Shown: positions 18,761 to 27,812 of the stretch, piece by piece
How the letters are laid out: each line of letters opens with the position of its first letter
Numbering within the stretch: position 1 is the first letter of the stretch
Program-made: the position numbers and the translations under genes
The notes under the pieces: generated by a model
Told to the model about the DNA's origin: nothing
The model's database searches: none
What the model saw: only the letters and a program-made list of their open reading frames with translations
Source of the DNA: Bacteroidota bacterium
Lineage (GTDB): Bacteria > Bacteroidota > Bacteroidia > B-17B0 > Aurantibacillaceae
Length of the DNA stretch: 64,000 nucleotides
Assembly: GCA_013288385.1 (NCBI GenBank)
Contig: JABDBZ010000003.1
Coordinates: 20,477 to 84,476, forward strand
Reading direction: 5' to 3'

Positions 18761-18902
18761 CTTCTCGACTCCGCTCGAAGTGACAAATACATTCTTACAC
18801 TAATTTTTTGTTTTCGCCCTTCGACTCCGCTCAGGGTGACATTTTTCTATCTCTTCTACTTATTTGACTTTATTTTCTTTTTCGACTCCGCTCGAAGTGA
18901 CA
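18761..18902. repeat. Cluster of three same-orientation REP-like elements
   Basis: CTTC-TCGAC-TCC-GCTC-GAAG-TGACA (18761), CCCT-TCGAC-TCC-GCTC-AGGG-TGACA (18817) and TTTT-TCGAC-TCC-GCTC-GAAG-TGACA (18878). Confidence 0.85.
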
Positions 18903-18970
18903 GTTTCCGGTATTTTCACTATTTCATGAGATCTTATACCTACTCCTGCTTTTTATACACATCAATCTTT

Positions 18971-19002
18971 CATTCAAAATTTATAACTCAACATTCATAA
19001 TT
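18971..19002. repeat. Heptamer array overlapping the cysH stop codon
   Basis: CATTCAA AATTTAT AACTCAA CATTCAT AATT. Confidence 0.65.
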
Positions 19003-19696
19003 ACTTATGCAGTCCGCATTCTTTCTTACTGCTATCTTCCCACCACCATCTTCCTGCTCTAAAATCTTCTCCATCTTTTATGGCTCGTGTGCATGGCTGA
19101 CAACCAATACTGACAAAACCTTTATCGTGTAATGGATTATAGGGAATGTTATGTTTGAAAATATAATCTTTCACTTCTTGTAACGACCAATTTAAAAGAG
19201 GGTGAATTTTTATAATTTGGTTTGCCTCATCCCATTCCACCATTGGCATATCATTTCTGTTTCCAGATTGACCAGCGCGAATTCCTGTAATCCAAATAGT
19301 ATGTCCTTTTAATGCACGCTTCAATGGTTCTACTTTACGAATGAAACAACATTCCTTTCTGTTATCAGTTGATTCATAAAAACTAAATGGACCTTTTTTT
19401 GAAACCATTTCCTCAAGTGAATTTGTGCTCGGATAAAATACTTGAATTTGTTTTTTGTAACGATCCAAAATGCTATTTAAAACAGAATAGGTTTCAGGAA
19501 ATAATCTTCCAGTATCTAATGTAAAAACAGAAACAGGTAAATTTTCTGAAAAGATCATGTGGGTGATAACTTGATCCTCATAACCTAGACTTGTAGAAAA
19601 CACAATGCTCTCTGAAGGTAATTGCGAAATGAATTGCAATACTTCTTCTGAGGATTTGTTTTTTAGTTGTATGGTTATGTTTTCTACTTTGTTCAT
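19001..19696 (-). CDS. cysH: APS/PAPS reductase, Fe-S (APS-reductase) type
   Basis: Motifs LDTGRLFPETY, ECCFIRKVEPL, SIGCQPCT and KECGLH. Confidence 0.93.
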   Translation of the reverse strand: MNKVENITIQLKNKSSEEVLQFISQLPSESIVFSTSLGYEDQVITHMIFSENLPVSVFTLDTGRLFPETYSVLNSILDRYKKQIQVFYPSTNSLEEMVSKKGPFSFYESTDNRKECCFIRKVEPLKRALKGHTIWITGIRAGQSGNRNDMPMVEWDEANQIIKIHPLLNWSLQEVKDYIFKHNIPYNPLHDKGFVSIGCQPCTRAIKDGEDFRAGRWWWEDSSKKECGLHK

Positions 19697-19709
19697 TTTT
19701 TGTTTTAAT

Positions 19710-19822
19710 GTTCTCGTCCTTCGATTCCGCTCAGGATTACAGCTCGAACTGACAGTATGGTGAAGATAAGGTTTTACAATTTTAATAGACCTAGTTTGTC
19801 ACTTCGAGCGGCAGTCGAGAAG
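19710..19822. repeat. Nested REP (REP inside REP) paired with an inverted REP
   Basis: GTTCTCG[TCCTTCGATTCCGCTCAGGATTACA]GCTCGAACTGACA (19710-19754) and TGTCACTTCGAGCGGCAGTCGAGAAG (19797-19822). Confidence 0.75.
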
Positions 19823-19830
19823 ACACATTA

Positions 19831-21000
19831 TTATTTATTCAACGCATTCAATATATCATTTAAAATATCTTCTTTATTTTCTAATCCTATTGAGACACGA
19901 ATTAAACCTGGAGTTATTCCAACGGCCAATCTTTCTTCTTCAGATAATTTACAATGTGTAGACGAAGCCGGATGGGTTGCAATACTTCTGGAGTCGCCTA
20001 AGTTTGGAGAAATTTTAACCATTTTTAATTTATCCATAAACTTACAAGCTGCTTCATATCCTCCTTTTACGGTAACCGTTATAATGCCACCGCCCAATTT
20101 CATCTGCTTTTTTGCAATGTTATAATGTGGATGAGATTTTAAAAAAGGATAAGATACATTTTCAAATGCAGCGTTTTTTTCTAAAGCTTCTGCAACAAAC
20201 AAAGCGTTTTCACAATGTCTATCCATGCGGATTGCCAATGTTTCTAAACTTTTACTTAATGTCCATGCATTAAACGCACTTAAAGATGGGCCTGTTAATC
20301 TACCATATAAATAAATTTCATGGATCAATTCTTTTTTGCCAACAACAATTCCGCCCAATACACGTCCTTGTCCATCCATATATTTTGTAGCCGAATGAAT
20401 AACAAGATCCGCTCCATATTTTATTGGTTGTTGTATATATGGTGTCGCGAAACAATTATCTACGATTAATAAAATATTTTTCCTTTTAGCGATGGCGGCT
20501 ACATATTCCAAATCAATTAATTCAATAGCGGGATTAGTTGGTGTTTCCAAATAAATAAAACGTGTCTCCGGTTTAATTAATTTCTCAATTTCTCCGGGGT
20601 GTTTGACATTAAAATAAGAATGTGAAATATTTAATTTCGGAAAATATTTTGTGAAAATAGCGTGTGTTGCGCCAAAAACAGATGAACACGAAACGAGATG
20701 ATCGCCTGATTTTAAAATTGACATAAATGTTGTATAGATAGCGGCCATACCCGAAGCCATTGCTACACCAGCTTCAGCACCTTCCATTAAACAAACTTTA
20801 TTTACAAACTCATTTACATTTGGATTGCTGTAACGCGAATAAATATAATCATCACTTTCATCATTGAAAGCTGCACGCATTTCTTCTGCGCTATCAAACA
20901 CAAAACTGCTTGTTAAATAAACAGGTACAGAATGCTCATTATTTTCTGAACGACCTAACTGTGCACGTATGGCTTGTGTTTCGAAATTTTTATTTTCCAT
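19831..21000 (-). CDS. metZ: O-succinylhomoserine sulfhydrylase-like PLP enzyme (Cys/Met metabolism family)
   Basis: Motifs EHSVPVYLTSSFVF, YSRYSNP, ETPTNP, HSATKYMDGQGRVLGG and NLGDSRS..THPASSTH. Confidence 0.85.
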   Translation of the reverse strand: MENKNFETQAIRAQLGRSENNEHSVPVYLTSSFVFDSAEEMRAAFNDESDDYIYSRYSNPNVNEFVNKVCLMEGAEAGVAMASGMAAIYTTFMSILKSGDHLVSCSSVFGATHAIFTKYFPKLNISHSYFNVKHPGEIEKLIKPETRFIYLETPTNPAIELIDLEYVAAIAKRKNILLIVDNCFATPYIQQPIKYGADLVIHSATKYMDGQGRVLGGIVVGKKELIHEIYLYGRLTGPSLSAFNAWTLSKSLETLAIRMDRHCENALFVAEALEKNAAFENVSYPFLKSHPHYNIAKKQMKLGGGIITVTVKGGYEAACKFMDKLKMVKISPNLGDSRSIATHPASSTHCKLSEEERLAVGITPGLIRVSIGLENKEDILNDILNALNK

Positions 21001-21001
21001 A

Positions 21002-21415
21002 TTAGTTTACAGTTACTTTAAAAGTTATTTTCGCAGTTGGTTCCAATGTTTTTGAAACGGAGCAATATTTTTCAATTGATAATTTTGCTGCACGTTCCGC
21101 TTTATCTAAATCTACTTTTCCTTTGATCTTAAAATGTAAACATATATCTCTGAACAAAGAATAGTCTTCTACTTTCTCACTCTCCCCTTCCACTTCTACA
21201 TCAAAATCAGTGATTTCTTGTTTTTGTTTTTTTAAAATAAGTATCACATCAATAGCACTGCATCCGCCTAATGCTGCTAAAAGCAATTGTCTTGGACGCA
21301 TCCCTTTTCCTTCTCCACCAATTTCAGGTGATGAATCCATTTGAATACTATTTCCATCCTCATTGCGTGCTTCCAAGTGAAAGTTATCGTTGAGACGTTT
21401 TACGTTGATCTTCAT
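21002..21415 (-). CDS. OsmC/YhfA family protein
   Basis: GMRP.QLLLAALGGCSAIDV and EKYCSVS supply the two conserved Cys. Confidence 0.88.
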   Translation of the reverse strand: MKINVKRLNDNFHLEARNEDGNSIQMDSSPEIGGEGKGMRPRQLLLAALGGCSAIDVILILKKQKQEITDFDVEVEGESEKVEDYSLFRDICLHFKIKGKVDLDKAERAAKLSIEKYCSVSKTLEPTAKITFKVTVN

Positions 21416-21449
21416 TTTTATAAAATTTTACCCGATAAAGATAACGGTT

Positions 21450-22460
21450 TTAAAACTGATTCACGCCGTTTACGGTTGTATATTTCATGGTATATTTTAC
21501 GCCCGGGTTAATATATTTATAGGCACTGTGACTCATCAGCGCAGCCTCGTGGAATCCACAAAGAATCAATTTTAATTTATTTTTGTAGGTATTGATATCC
21601 CCAATTGCATATACACCTTCAATATTAGTACTATAATCTTCAGTATTTACAATAATTGCATTCTTATCAATATTCAATCCCCAATTTTCCATTGGCCCTA
21701 ATTTCGGACTCAACCCAAATAAAGGAATTAAATTATCCGTTTCAACAATTTGTTTCTCGTTGTTCTTTGTATTTACAATTCCAACTGCTTTCAAAACATC
21801 TGTTCCTTCCACATGAGTCAAATTAGAATTCAATAATAAATTTATCTTCTTTTCTTCTGCCAATTTCATTATTTTATTTACGCTATCCGGAGCACCACGA
21901 AAAGATTCGCTGCGATGAACGAGTGTAACTTCTTTTGCAATCTCAGCCAAAAAAATTGTCCAATCTAAAGCACTATCTCCACCACCTGCTAAAATAACTT
22001 TTTTGTTACGATACGCTTCAGGATCCAACACCATATATGAAATTCCCTTTCCGTTTTCAAAACTCTCGAATCCTTCTACTTCCGGTCTACGCGGTTCAAA
22101 ACAACCTAATCCACCGGCAATCACAACCGCATGTGCATTTATTTTTGTTCCCATATTTGTAGTTAAAATAAAATCGCGATCCCCAATTTTATCTAATTTT
22201 TCTACACGTTCTCCAAAAGTATAAGTTGGCTTAAATGGTTCGGCTTGTTTCAATAAATTATTTACTAATTCTTGCGCCAAAACAGTTGGATAACCGGGAA
22301 TATCATAGATTGGTTTTTTAGGATAAATCTCTGATAATTGTCCACCGGCTTGCGGCAAATAATCAATAATATGACAACGCATTTTTAAAAGTCCTGCTTC
22401 AAAAATTGCGAAAAGTGCTACTGGTCCTGCGCCAATGATGGCTATATCTGTTGTTATCAT
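21450..22460 (-). CDS. TrxB-type ferredoxin--NADP+ reductase
   Basis: IIGAGP, GGQLSEIYPKKPIYDIPG, GGGDSALDW and AIGDI; no CxxC. Confidence 0.88.
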   Translation of the reverse strand: MITTDIAIIGAGPVALFAIFEAGLLKMRCHIIDYLPQAGGQLSEIYPKKPIYDIPGYPTVLAQELVNNLLKQAEPFKPTYTFGERVEKLDKIGDRDFILTTNMGTKINAHAVVIAGGLGCFEPRRPEVEGFESFENGKGISYMVLDPEAYRNKKVILAGGGDSALDWTIFLAEIAKEVTLVHRSESFRGAPDSVNKIMKLAEEKKINLLLNSNLTHVEGTDVLKAVGIVNTKNNEKQIVETDNLIPLFGLSPKLGPMENWGLNIDKNAIIVNTEDYSTNIEGVYAIGDINTYKNKLKLILCGFHEAALMSHSAYKYINPGVKYTMKYTTVNGVNQF

Positions 22461-22481
22461 TTTTTGGTTTTTAAAATGTTG

Positions 22482-22506
22482 CCCTTCGACTCAACTCGGG
22501 GTGACA
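22482..22506. repeat. Degenerate REP-like element
   Basis: CCCT-TCGAC-TCA-ACTC-GGGG-TGACA. Confidence 0.7.
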
Positions 22507-22516
22507 ATTATCTGTT

Positions 22517-23992
22517 TTAAAATAAAATTCGTTTTAAACTTGAAATTATTACTACGATTCCTACCAAAAGCATAATTGCTTTCGTTGGAATTTTGTTTGA
22601 AATGTATGCGGCTATTGGTGCTGCAATAACTCCACCGATGATCAATCCAATAATAATTACCCAGTGTGTTAACCCAATTAACGTTACAAAAGTTAGCGAA
22701 CTTGATAAAGTAATAAAAAATTCAGCGAGGTTTACTGATCCAATTGTGTAACGTGGGTTTCTTCCTCGTGCAATTAATGTTGACGAAACAATTGGTCCCC
22801 AACCACCGCCGCCAATAGAATCCATAAATCCACCAACCATAGCCAATGGAAAAATTCGTTTTATTTTTTGGCGGATCTTATCTTTTTGTAAGGCTTTAAA
22901 AATAATAATAACTCCTAAGATCAACGTGTAAATTGAAACGAGGGGTTTTATAATATAATTATATTGCTCGAACGAAGACAAAATATAGGCACCAAGAATT
23001 GCGCCAATAACACCAGGTATTAACAGTTTTTTAAAAAGCTTATTATTTACATTTCCAAATTTTAAATGCATTAAGCCGGAAACACCACTTGTGAAAACTT
23101 CAGATGCATGCACGCTTGCACTGGATGCTGCAGGAGCAATGCCAAACGATAATAAAAATGTAGTCGCAGTTACACCATAGGCCATCCCCAAGGCACCATC
23201 AATCATTTGTGCAACAAAACCCGCAAGGATATATAATAAAATTGAAGAATCTACTGTTTGTATAAATCCATCAACTAATCCTCCAATAATTTCAGGAGGG
23301 AGAAAGTAACAAAACAAATAACCTAAAATGAGTAAAGCAGGGATAGAAAAACTGTAGATCAAAATGCGTCGTCTGCTAAGTTTTGCCTTTGCATTAATTC
23401 CTTCTTTTGATAAAACTGAAGTAATCTTATTTAATTGATCTACTTTCTCTGAAAAATTTCCACTTAAATATTTTCTTACTTCGGTTAAACTTTCAAGCGA
23501 TTCATTAATATTTTCTGGAAATGATTCTTCAAAGGTTTCACGAATGCGTTTAGCTAAGGTTGGAGATTTACCATTAGTAGATATTGCAATTTTAATTTGT
23601 CCCTTTTGGACAATAGAACCTAAATAAAAATCGCATTGTTCGGGTGTATCTGCCACATTGGTTAATAGTCCTCGCTGCTGGGCCAACAATTTTATTTGAA
23701 CACTCGTTACTTTATTATTTACAGCAACTATCACCAGATCTTTATCATGCAAATCTGTTTCATTAAAAGAACGTTCATGCAAAATAAAATTTGAATTCTC
23801 GCTCGCTATTTTTTTAATTTCTTCGCTTACATGAGTTGCAATTAAAGTAACTTTGGTTAGCGGACTATTATTTAGAATAGCTGTGATTTTTTCCAATGCC
23901 ACTTTTCCTCCGCCCACGATTAGTACACGAAAGTTTTCTAGCTTTAGAAAAACCGGGAACAAATTATTCTTTATTTCGGCATTATTGTTCAT
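22517..23992 (-). CDS. Fusion of precorrin-2 dehydrogenase/ferrochelatase (CysG N-terminal) and TauE/SafE (TSUP) transporter
   Basis: N-terminal FPVFLKL..VLIVGGGKVALEK...NVADTPEQCDF...AISTNGKSP; C-terminal AQMIDGALGMAYGV...GGGGWGP multi-TM domain. Confidence 0.88.
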   Translation of the reverse strand: MNNNAEIKNNLFPVFLKLENFRVLIVGGGKVALEKITAILNNSPLTKVTLIATHVSEEIKKIASENSNFILHERSFNETDLHDKDLVIVAVNNKVTSVQIKLLAQQRGLLTNVADTPEQCDFYLGSIVQKGQIKIAISTNGKSPTLAKRIRETFEESFPENINESLESLTEVRKYLSGNFSEKVDQLNKITSVLSKEGINAKAKLSRRRILIYSFSIPALLILGYLFCYFLPPEIIGGLVDGFIQTVDSSILLYILAGFVAQMIDGALGMAYGVTATTFLLSFGIAPAASSASVHASEVFTSGVSGLMHLKFGNVNNKLFKKLLIPGVIGAILGAYILSSFEQYNYIIKPLVSIYTLILGVIIIFKALQKDKIRQKIKRIFPLAMVGGFMDSIGGGGWGPIVSSTLIARGRNPRYTIGSVNLAEFFITLSSSLTFVTLIGLTHWVIIIGLIIGGVIAAPIAAYISNKIPTKAIMLLVGIVVIISSLKRILF

Positions 23993-26858
23993 TTATTTTC
24001 TTCTTCTCAGTAAATTTTAAATCGTAAGTAATGCTTATATAATACAGTGCGCCAATGGTTGGACCAGCTGCATATTGGAAATAACGTCTGTTTAAAATAT
24101 TAGTTCCTCCTAATTTTACCAACGTGTTTTGTTTGGTAAATTTATAATTTACTTGTGCATCAAAAGTATAGTATGACGGAACTATGCCCGTAGCTAAAGG
24201 ACTCTCCCATTTAAAACTATCTTGCCATTTCCAAACAATATTGAATCCAAAATTATTAAAGAGATCTCTGTTTCCGAATTGAATATTAGCAGCGTATTTT
24301 GGTGTATTAAATCCTGTAATAAAAATATCATTCGCGGTTTGTGCTTTTAAATTATTATAACTTAAGTTACCCGAAATGCTAAATGTTTTATAAAAATTAT
24401 AACTTAAACGGAGAGCAGAACCATAACTATAATATGTGTTATTTGCATTTGTATACACTCTATATTTTGATTGTTTATTTTTATTATACATATCAAATGC
24501 TGAACTATCAGTACCAACCGGACCAGTTGTTGGAACGGAAACTTCAACCTGACCTAAAAATCCTTTTTCAATATTATAATATGCATCCAAATCTATCACT
24601 AACTTATTTTTGAATAAAACAGATTTGTATCCAACATCAAAAGCTTGAATATGCTCCGGTTGCAATTGTTGAAGATTTGCAATTTGCAATAATGCCTTTT
24701 CTTTTAACACAGCATTGTTTTTGCTGATTCCATTGGCGATATCATTATTAACAGCATTCGAAAAATTATCAATTGATACTTTCGTATATGAATTATTTAA
24801 AAATCCTAAACCATCATTCACCATTGGCAATCCACCCACACGTCTTACGCCACCATTGTTTACAAACGAAAGTGCTTCAAACAAAGCCGGGAAACGATAA
24901 CCACTTTGATAAGAAGCGCGAACATTATGTTGCTTTAAAAAAGTATAAACAACTGCCGCACGTGGATTAAATTTTCCATCAAAAGCGAAATTCTTATCGT
25001 AACGTAATGACCCAACAAATTTCAAATTATCATTTAATACTTTTTTTGTTGCTTGTACAAAACCACCTACTTTACCATAATAAATATCTTTACCACCCGG
25101 TGTATTTCTATCCGCTAAAGGTTTCGAAAAATCAACAAAATTATTTCCATCAGGAATTACATCATATAATCTTCCATCTGCTCCAACTAAAACATCAACA
25201 AAATTAGAAGTGTATTTGCTTAAATCATATTGGACATCTGTATTGTACAAACGACTTCTTTGCCACAAAGCTGCACCACCAGTTAATGGTGCGTCTTTAA
25301 CCAGGGAAGCATGATCCCAATTATTAATTCCTATAATTGTATTTTTTGTATTATTAAATACCGTACTTCCAGGCAAATATCTTCCTGCATCAGCACTTGC
25401 CCTCGCCTGTTGATTTGCAGTTACAAGATCTACTCCATTATTTAAAGCAGTTTGTAACGTGTTTTTATATGCAGCATTCCAATCCTTATTCGTTTTAAAT
25501 GTAAGATCTAAATTATCGGCAAGTGGCTTCAAATTATATGAATTACCTGTATTTTCAATTGAAGTATAAGCATGTATTACTAATGCTTCTCCTTTTACTT
25601 CTATAGCATGATTTTGTAGAGTTGCATCATTCAATTGAATTTTATTTCCTCTTTGAAAAACACCATTCATTAAACCATAACGGTATTTATAACTGATCTC
25701 CGTTTTTTGATTAAGCTTATAATGCAAAGCACCATCCAATTTAATATTCTTAACAACCGGATTTACCAAATCTTTTTCCATAAATCCCGTTCTTCTTACA
25801 TTAAACGTTTGTTGCTTTCCTTTATATGTTACAGTAATTGGATTGTTGTTATTACTTTCATCGCCATATTTATTCCAGGCATCATTTGCAGGATTTGTTG
25901 AGCCCTGACCAAACGCAGGGAAATTAGGATTTGAAGAAGTTAGATTATACGCATTTTGATCAGTTATATTTGATGACACCCAATCTATTCCTTGAAAATA
26001 AGCTGCGTTTAATTTATAAGCCCAACGATTTGTTTTACCAAATGTATTCGCAATACGAAAAGCTGATTCAGAAAAAAAACTTAATCCATGGTCATTATCA
26101 TTAATGTGATTTACTCCTGTTCTTTGGTAAACACTTACACCTTTATACAAAAAAGGGTTTTTTGTAAAAGAATTAGATAAACCATTTATTGAATTAACAC
26201 CATACAGCGCAGAAGAAGAACCGGGAATAATTTCAACGCTTTTAATATCTAATTCATTTGGACCAATTGTGTTTCCTAAAGCCATTCCTAAAGTTGGTGA
26301 TTGAATATCAATTCCATCGACTAATTGCGTAAAACGGAAATTATTTGGTGAATTAAATCCACGTGTATTTGGTACTTTAAAATTTAAACTTCCTGTTGTC
26401 ATTTGTACACCTTTCACATTTTCTAAAGCATCAAAAAAAGTTGGCGCGGGAGTTTCACGAATTGCAATAATATCCAATTTATCAATTGCAACAGGTGATT
26501 TCAAAATACTTTCTTCTGTTCGTGAAGCAGAAACAACAACTTCATTGATCAACAATACTTGTGGATTCAATTGAAATTTCAAGTCTGTTTTTTCACTTTC
26601 AATTAAAAGTTCCTGAGTATCGTACCCTGAATAACTTACCAAAAGTGTAAACGGAAACTTAAATGCAGTTTTCAAAACGAATTTACCATCACCATTAGTT
26701 GTACTGGCAATTGTTGTTCCTTTTACATTTACAACAGCACCTACTAAAGCCTCGTTGGATTTTTTGTCGTGAATTTGTCCTGTAATTTGTAATAAATTAT
26801 TTTGAGCCAAGGCAATTCCGGAAAATACCAGAATTAATCCTAATAGTTTTGTTTTCAT
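23982..26858 (-). CDS. TonB-dependent outer-membrane receptor
   Basis: Signal peptide, CarboxypepD-like N-terminal domain, plug (EVVVSASR, EIIPGSSSALYG) and beta-barrel C-terminus. Confidence 0.92.
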   Translation of the reverse strand: MKTKLLGLILVFSGIALAQNNLLQITGQIHDKKSNEALVGAVVNVKGTTIASTTNGDGKFVLKTAFKFPFTLLVSYSGYDTQELLIESEKTDLKFQLNPQVLLINEVVVSASRTEESILKSPVAIDKLDIIAIRETPAPTFFDALENVKGVQMTTGSLNFKVPNTRGFNSPNNFRFTQLVDGIDIQSPTLGMALGNTIGPNELDIKSVEIIPGSSSALYGVNSINGLSNSFTKNPFLYKGVSVYQRTGVNHINDNDHGLSFFSESAFRIANTFGKTNRWAYKLNAAYFQGIDWVSSNITDQNAYNLTSSNPNFPAFGQGSTNPANDAWNKYGDESNNNNPITVTYKGKQQTFNVRRTGFMEKDLVNPVVKNIKLDGALHYKLNQKTEISYKYRYGLMNGVFQRGNKIQLNDATLQNHAIEVKGEALVIHAYTSIENTGNSYNLKPLADNLDLTFKTNKDWNAAYKNTLQTALNNGVDLVTANQQARASADAGRYLPGSTVFNNTKNTIIGINNWDHASLVKDAPLTGGAALWQRSRLYNTDVQYDLSKYTSNFVDVLVGADGRLYDVIPDGNNFVDFSKPLADRNTPGGKDIYYGKVGGFVQATKKVLNDNLKFVGSLRYDKNFAFDGKFNPRAAVVYTFLKQHNVRASYQSGYRFPALFEALSFVNNGGVRRVGGLPMVNDGLGFLNNSYTKVSIDNFSNAVNNDIANGISKNNAVLKEKALLQIANLQQLQPEHIQAFDVGYKSVLFKNKLVIDLDAYYNIEKGFLGQVEVSVPTTGPVGTDSSAFDMYNKNKQSKYRVYTNANNTYYSYGSALRLSYNFYKTFSISGNLSYNNLKAQTANDIFITGFNTPKYAANIQFGNRDLFNNFGFNIVWKWQDSFKWESPLATGIVPSYYTFDAQVNYKFTKQNTLVKLGGTNILNRRYFQYAAGPTIGALYYISITYDLKFTEKKKINEQ

Positions 26859-26879
26859 AAAAGATCTTTCTCTCCAGAC

Positions 26880-27650
26880 TTAATTCAGTGAATATTTTAT
26901 ATGGTGAGAAAATGATTCATAATATTTATGAAACTTAACTACGTCGCCTATAATTATTATTGCGGGAGATTTGATGTTTTGTTCTTCAACTTCTTCACCA
27001 ATATTATCAATGTTTCCAATGGCAACATTTTCAGTTGCTAAAGTTCCGTTTTGAATTACAGCAATTGGTGTTTCACTTTTTCCTTCTGCCTTAAAAATTT
27101 CAGCAATCTGCTTTAATTTTGATAAACCCATTAATATTACAACTGTGGCATTTGTTTTGGCCGCATCAAAAACATCATTTGATAATTCACCGTTTTGTTT
27201 TGTTGCAGTTATCACCCAAAAACTTTCGCTGATACCGCGATGTGTTACCGGAATTCCGCTTGCACCCGGAACACCAATAGAACTGGAAATTCCCGGCACA
27301 ATAGCCGTTTCAATATTAAATGCTTCGGCATGGAGAATTTCTTCACTGCCTCTTCCGAAAACAAAAGGATCTCCTCCTTTTAAGCGCACAACTCTCCCAT
27401 GTGTAAAAGCCAAATCAACAATTAAATTATTGATTTGTTCCTGGGTGTATTCATGGATATTTTTTCTCTTGCCCACATAAATTTTTAATGCATCGAGTGG
27501 CGCATATTTTAATAATTCTTTATTTACTAATGCGTCGTATAAAATTACATCAGCCTCACTTATTGCATTGATTGCTTTAACTGTTATTAATTCAGGGTCA
27601 CCAGGACCAGCACCTACTACTGTTAATTTTGGATATATTTCTTTTTTCAT
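26880..27650 (-). CDS. cobA: Uroporphyrinogen-III C-methyltransferase
   Basis: Motifs VGAGPGDPELIT, ADVILYDALV and RLKGGDPFVFGRG. Start set at MKKEIYPK. Confidence 0.95.
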   Translation of the reverse strand: MKKEIYPKLTVVGAGPGDPELITVKAINAISEADVILYDALVNKELLKYAPLDALKIYVGKRKNIHEYTQEQINNLIVDLAFTHGRVVRLKGGDPFVFGRGSEEILHAEAFNIETAIVPGISSSIGVPGASGIPVTHRGISESFWVITATKQNGELSNDVFDAAKTNATVVILMGLSKLKQIAEIFKAEGKSETPIAVIQNGTLATENVAIGNIDNIGEEVEEQNIKSPAIIIIGDVVKFHKYYESFSHHIKYSLN

Positions 27651-27674
27651 AATTGTTGTTTTTAAATTGTTTAT

Positions 27675-27720
27675 TTCTTTCTCTGGCACTTCGACTTCGC
27701 TCAGTGTGACAGAGAAAGGA
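27675..27720. repeat. REP (27687-27711) embedded in a flanking hairpin between the leader peptide and cobA
   Basis: TTCTTTCTCTGG[CACT-TCGAC-TTC-GCTC-AGTG-TGACA]GAGAAAGGA. Confidence 0.75.
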
Positions 27721-27723
27721 AGG

Positions 27724-27795
27724 TCACAATGAGCTGCTCATTATCATACAGCAACAACAATATTCGTATTTTATATATATGTAATTCTTTTTCAT
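27724..27795 (-). CDS. Putative Cys/Met-sensing leader peptide 2: MKKNYIYIKYEYCCCCMIMSSSL
   Basis: Manual translation; TGT TGT TGC TGT ATG ATA ATG run. Starts 17 nt after the sulfite reductase stop. Confidence 0.8.
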   Translation of the reverse strand: MKKNYIYIKYEYCCCCMIMSSSL

Positions 27796-27812
27796 TAGTT
27801 TCTAATTAATTT

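Noticed and set aside
18761-18902. CRISPR-like spacing: three ~25-nt repeats separated by 31 and 36 nt
   Set aside because: The repeats differ in their stems, the same motif is scattered singly across the window, the spacers are low-complexity T-rich, and there are no cas genes or leader. This is a REP cluster.
19757-20125. 122-aa plus-strand ORF
   Set aside because: Antisense shadow of metZ plus a REP translation (SLRAAVEK).
27651-27689. N-terminal extension of CobA in the ORF track (likewise CysD 18720-18755)
   Set aside because: The upstream starts fall in or beside REP sequence; the downstream ATGs give normal-length proteins.
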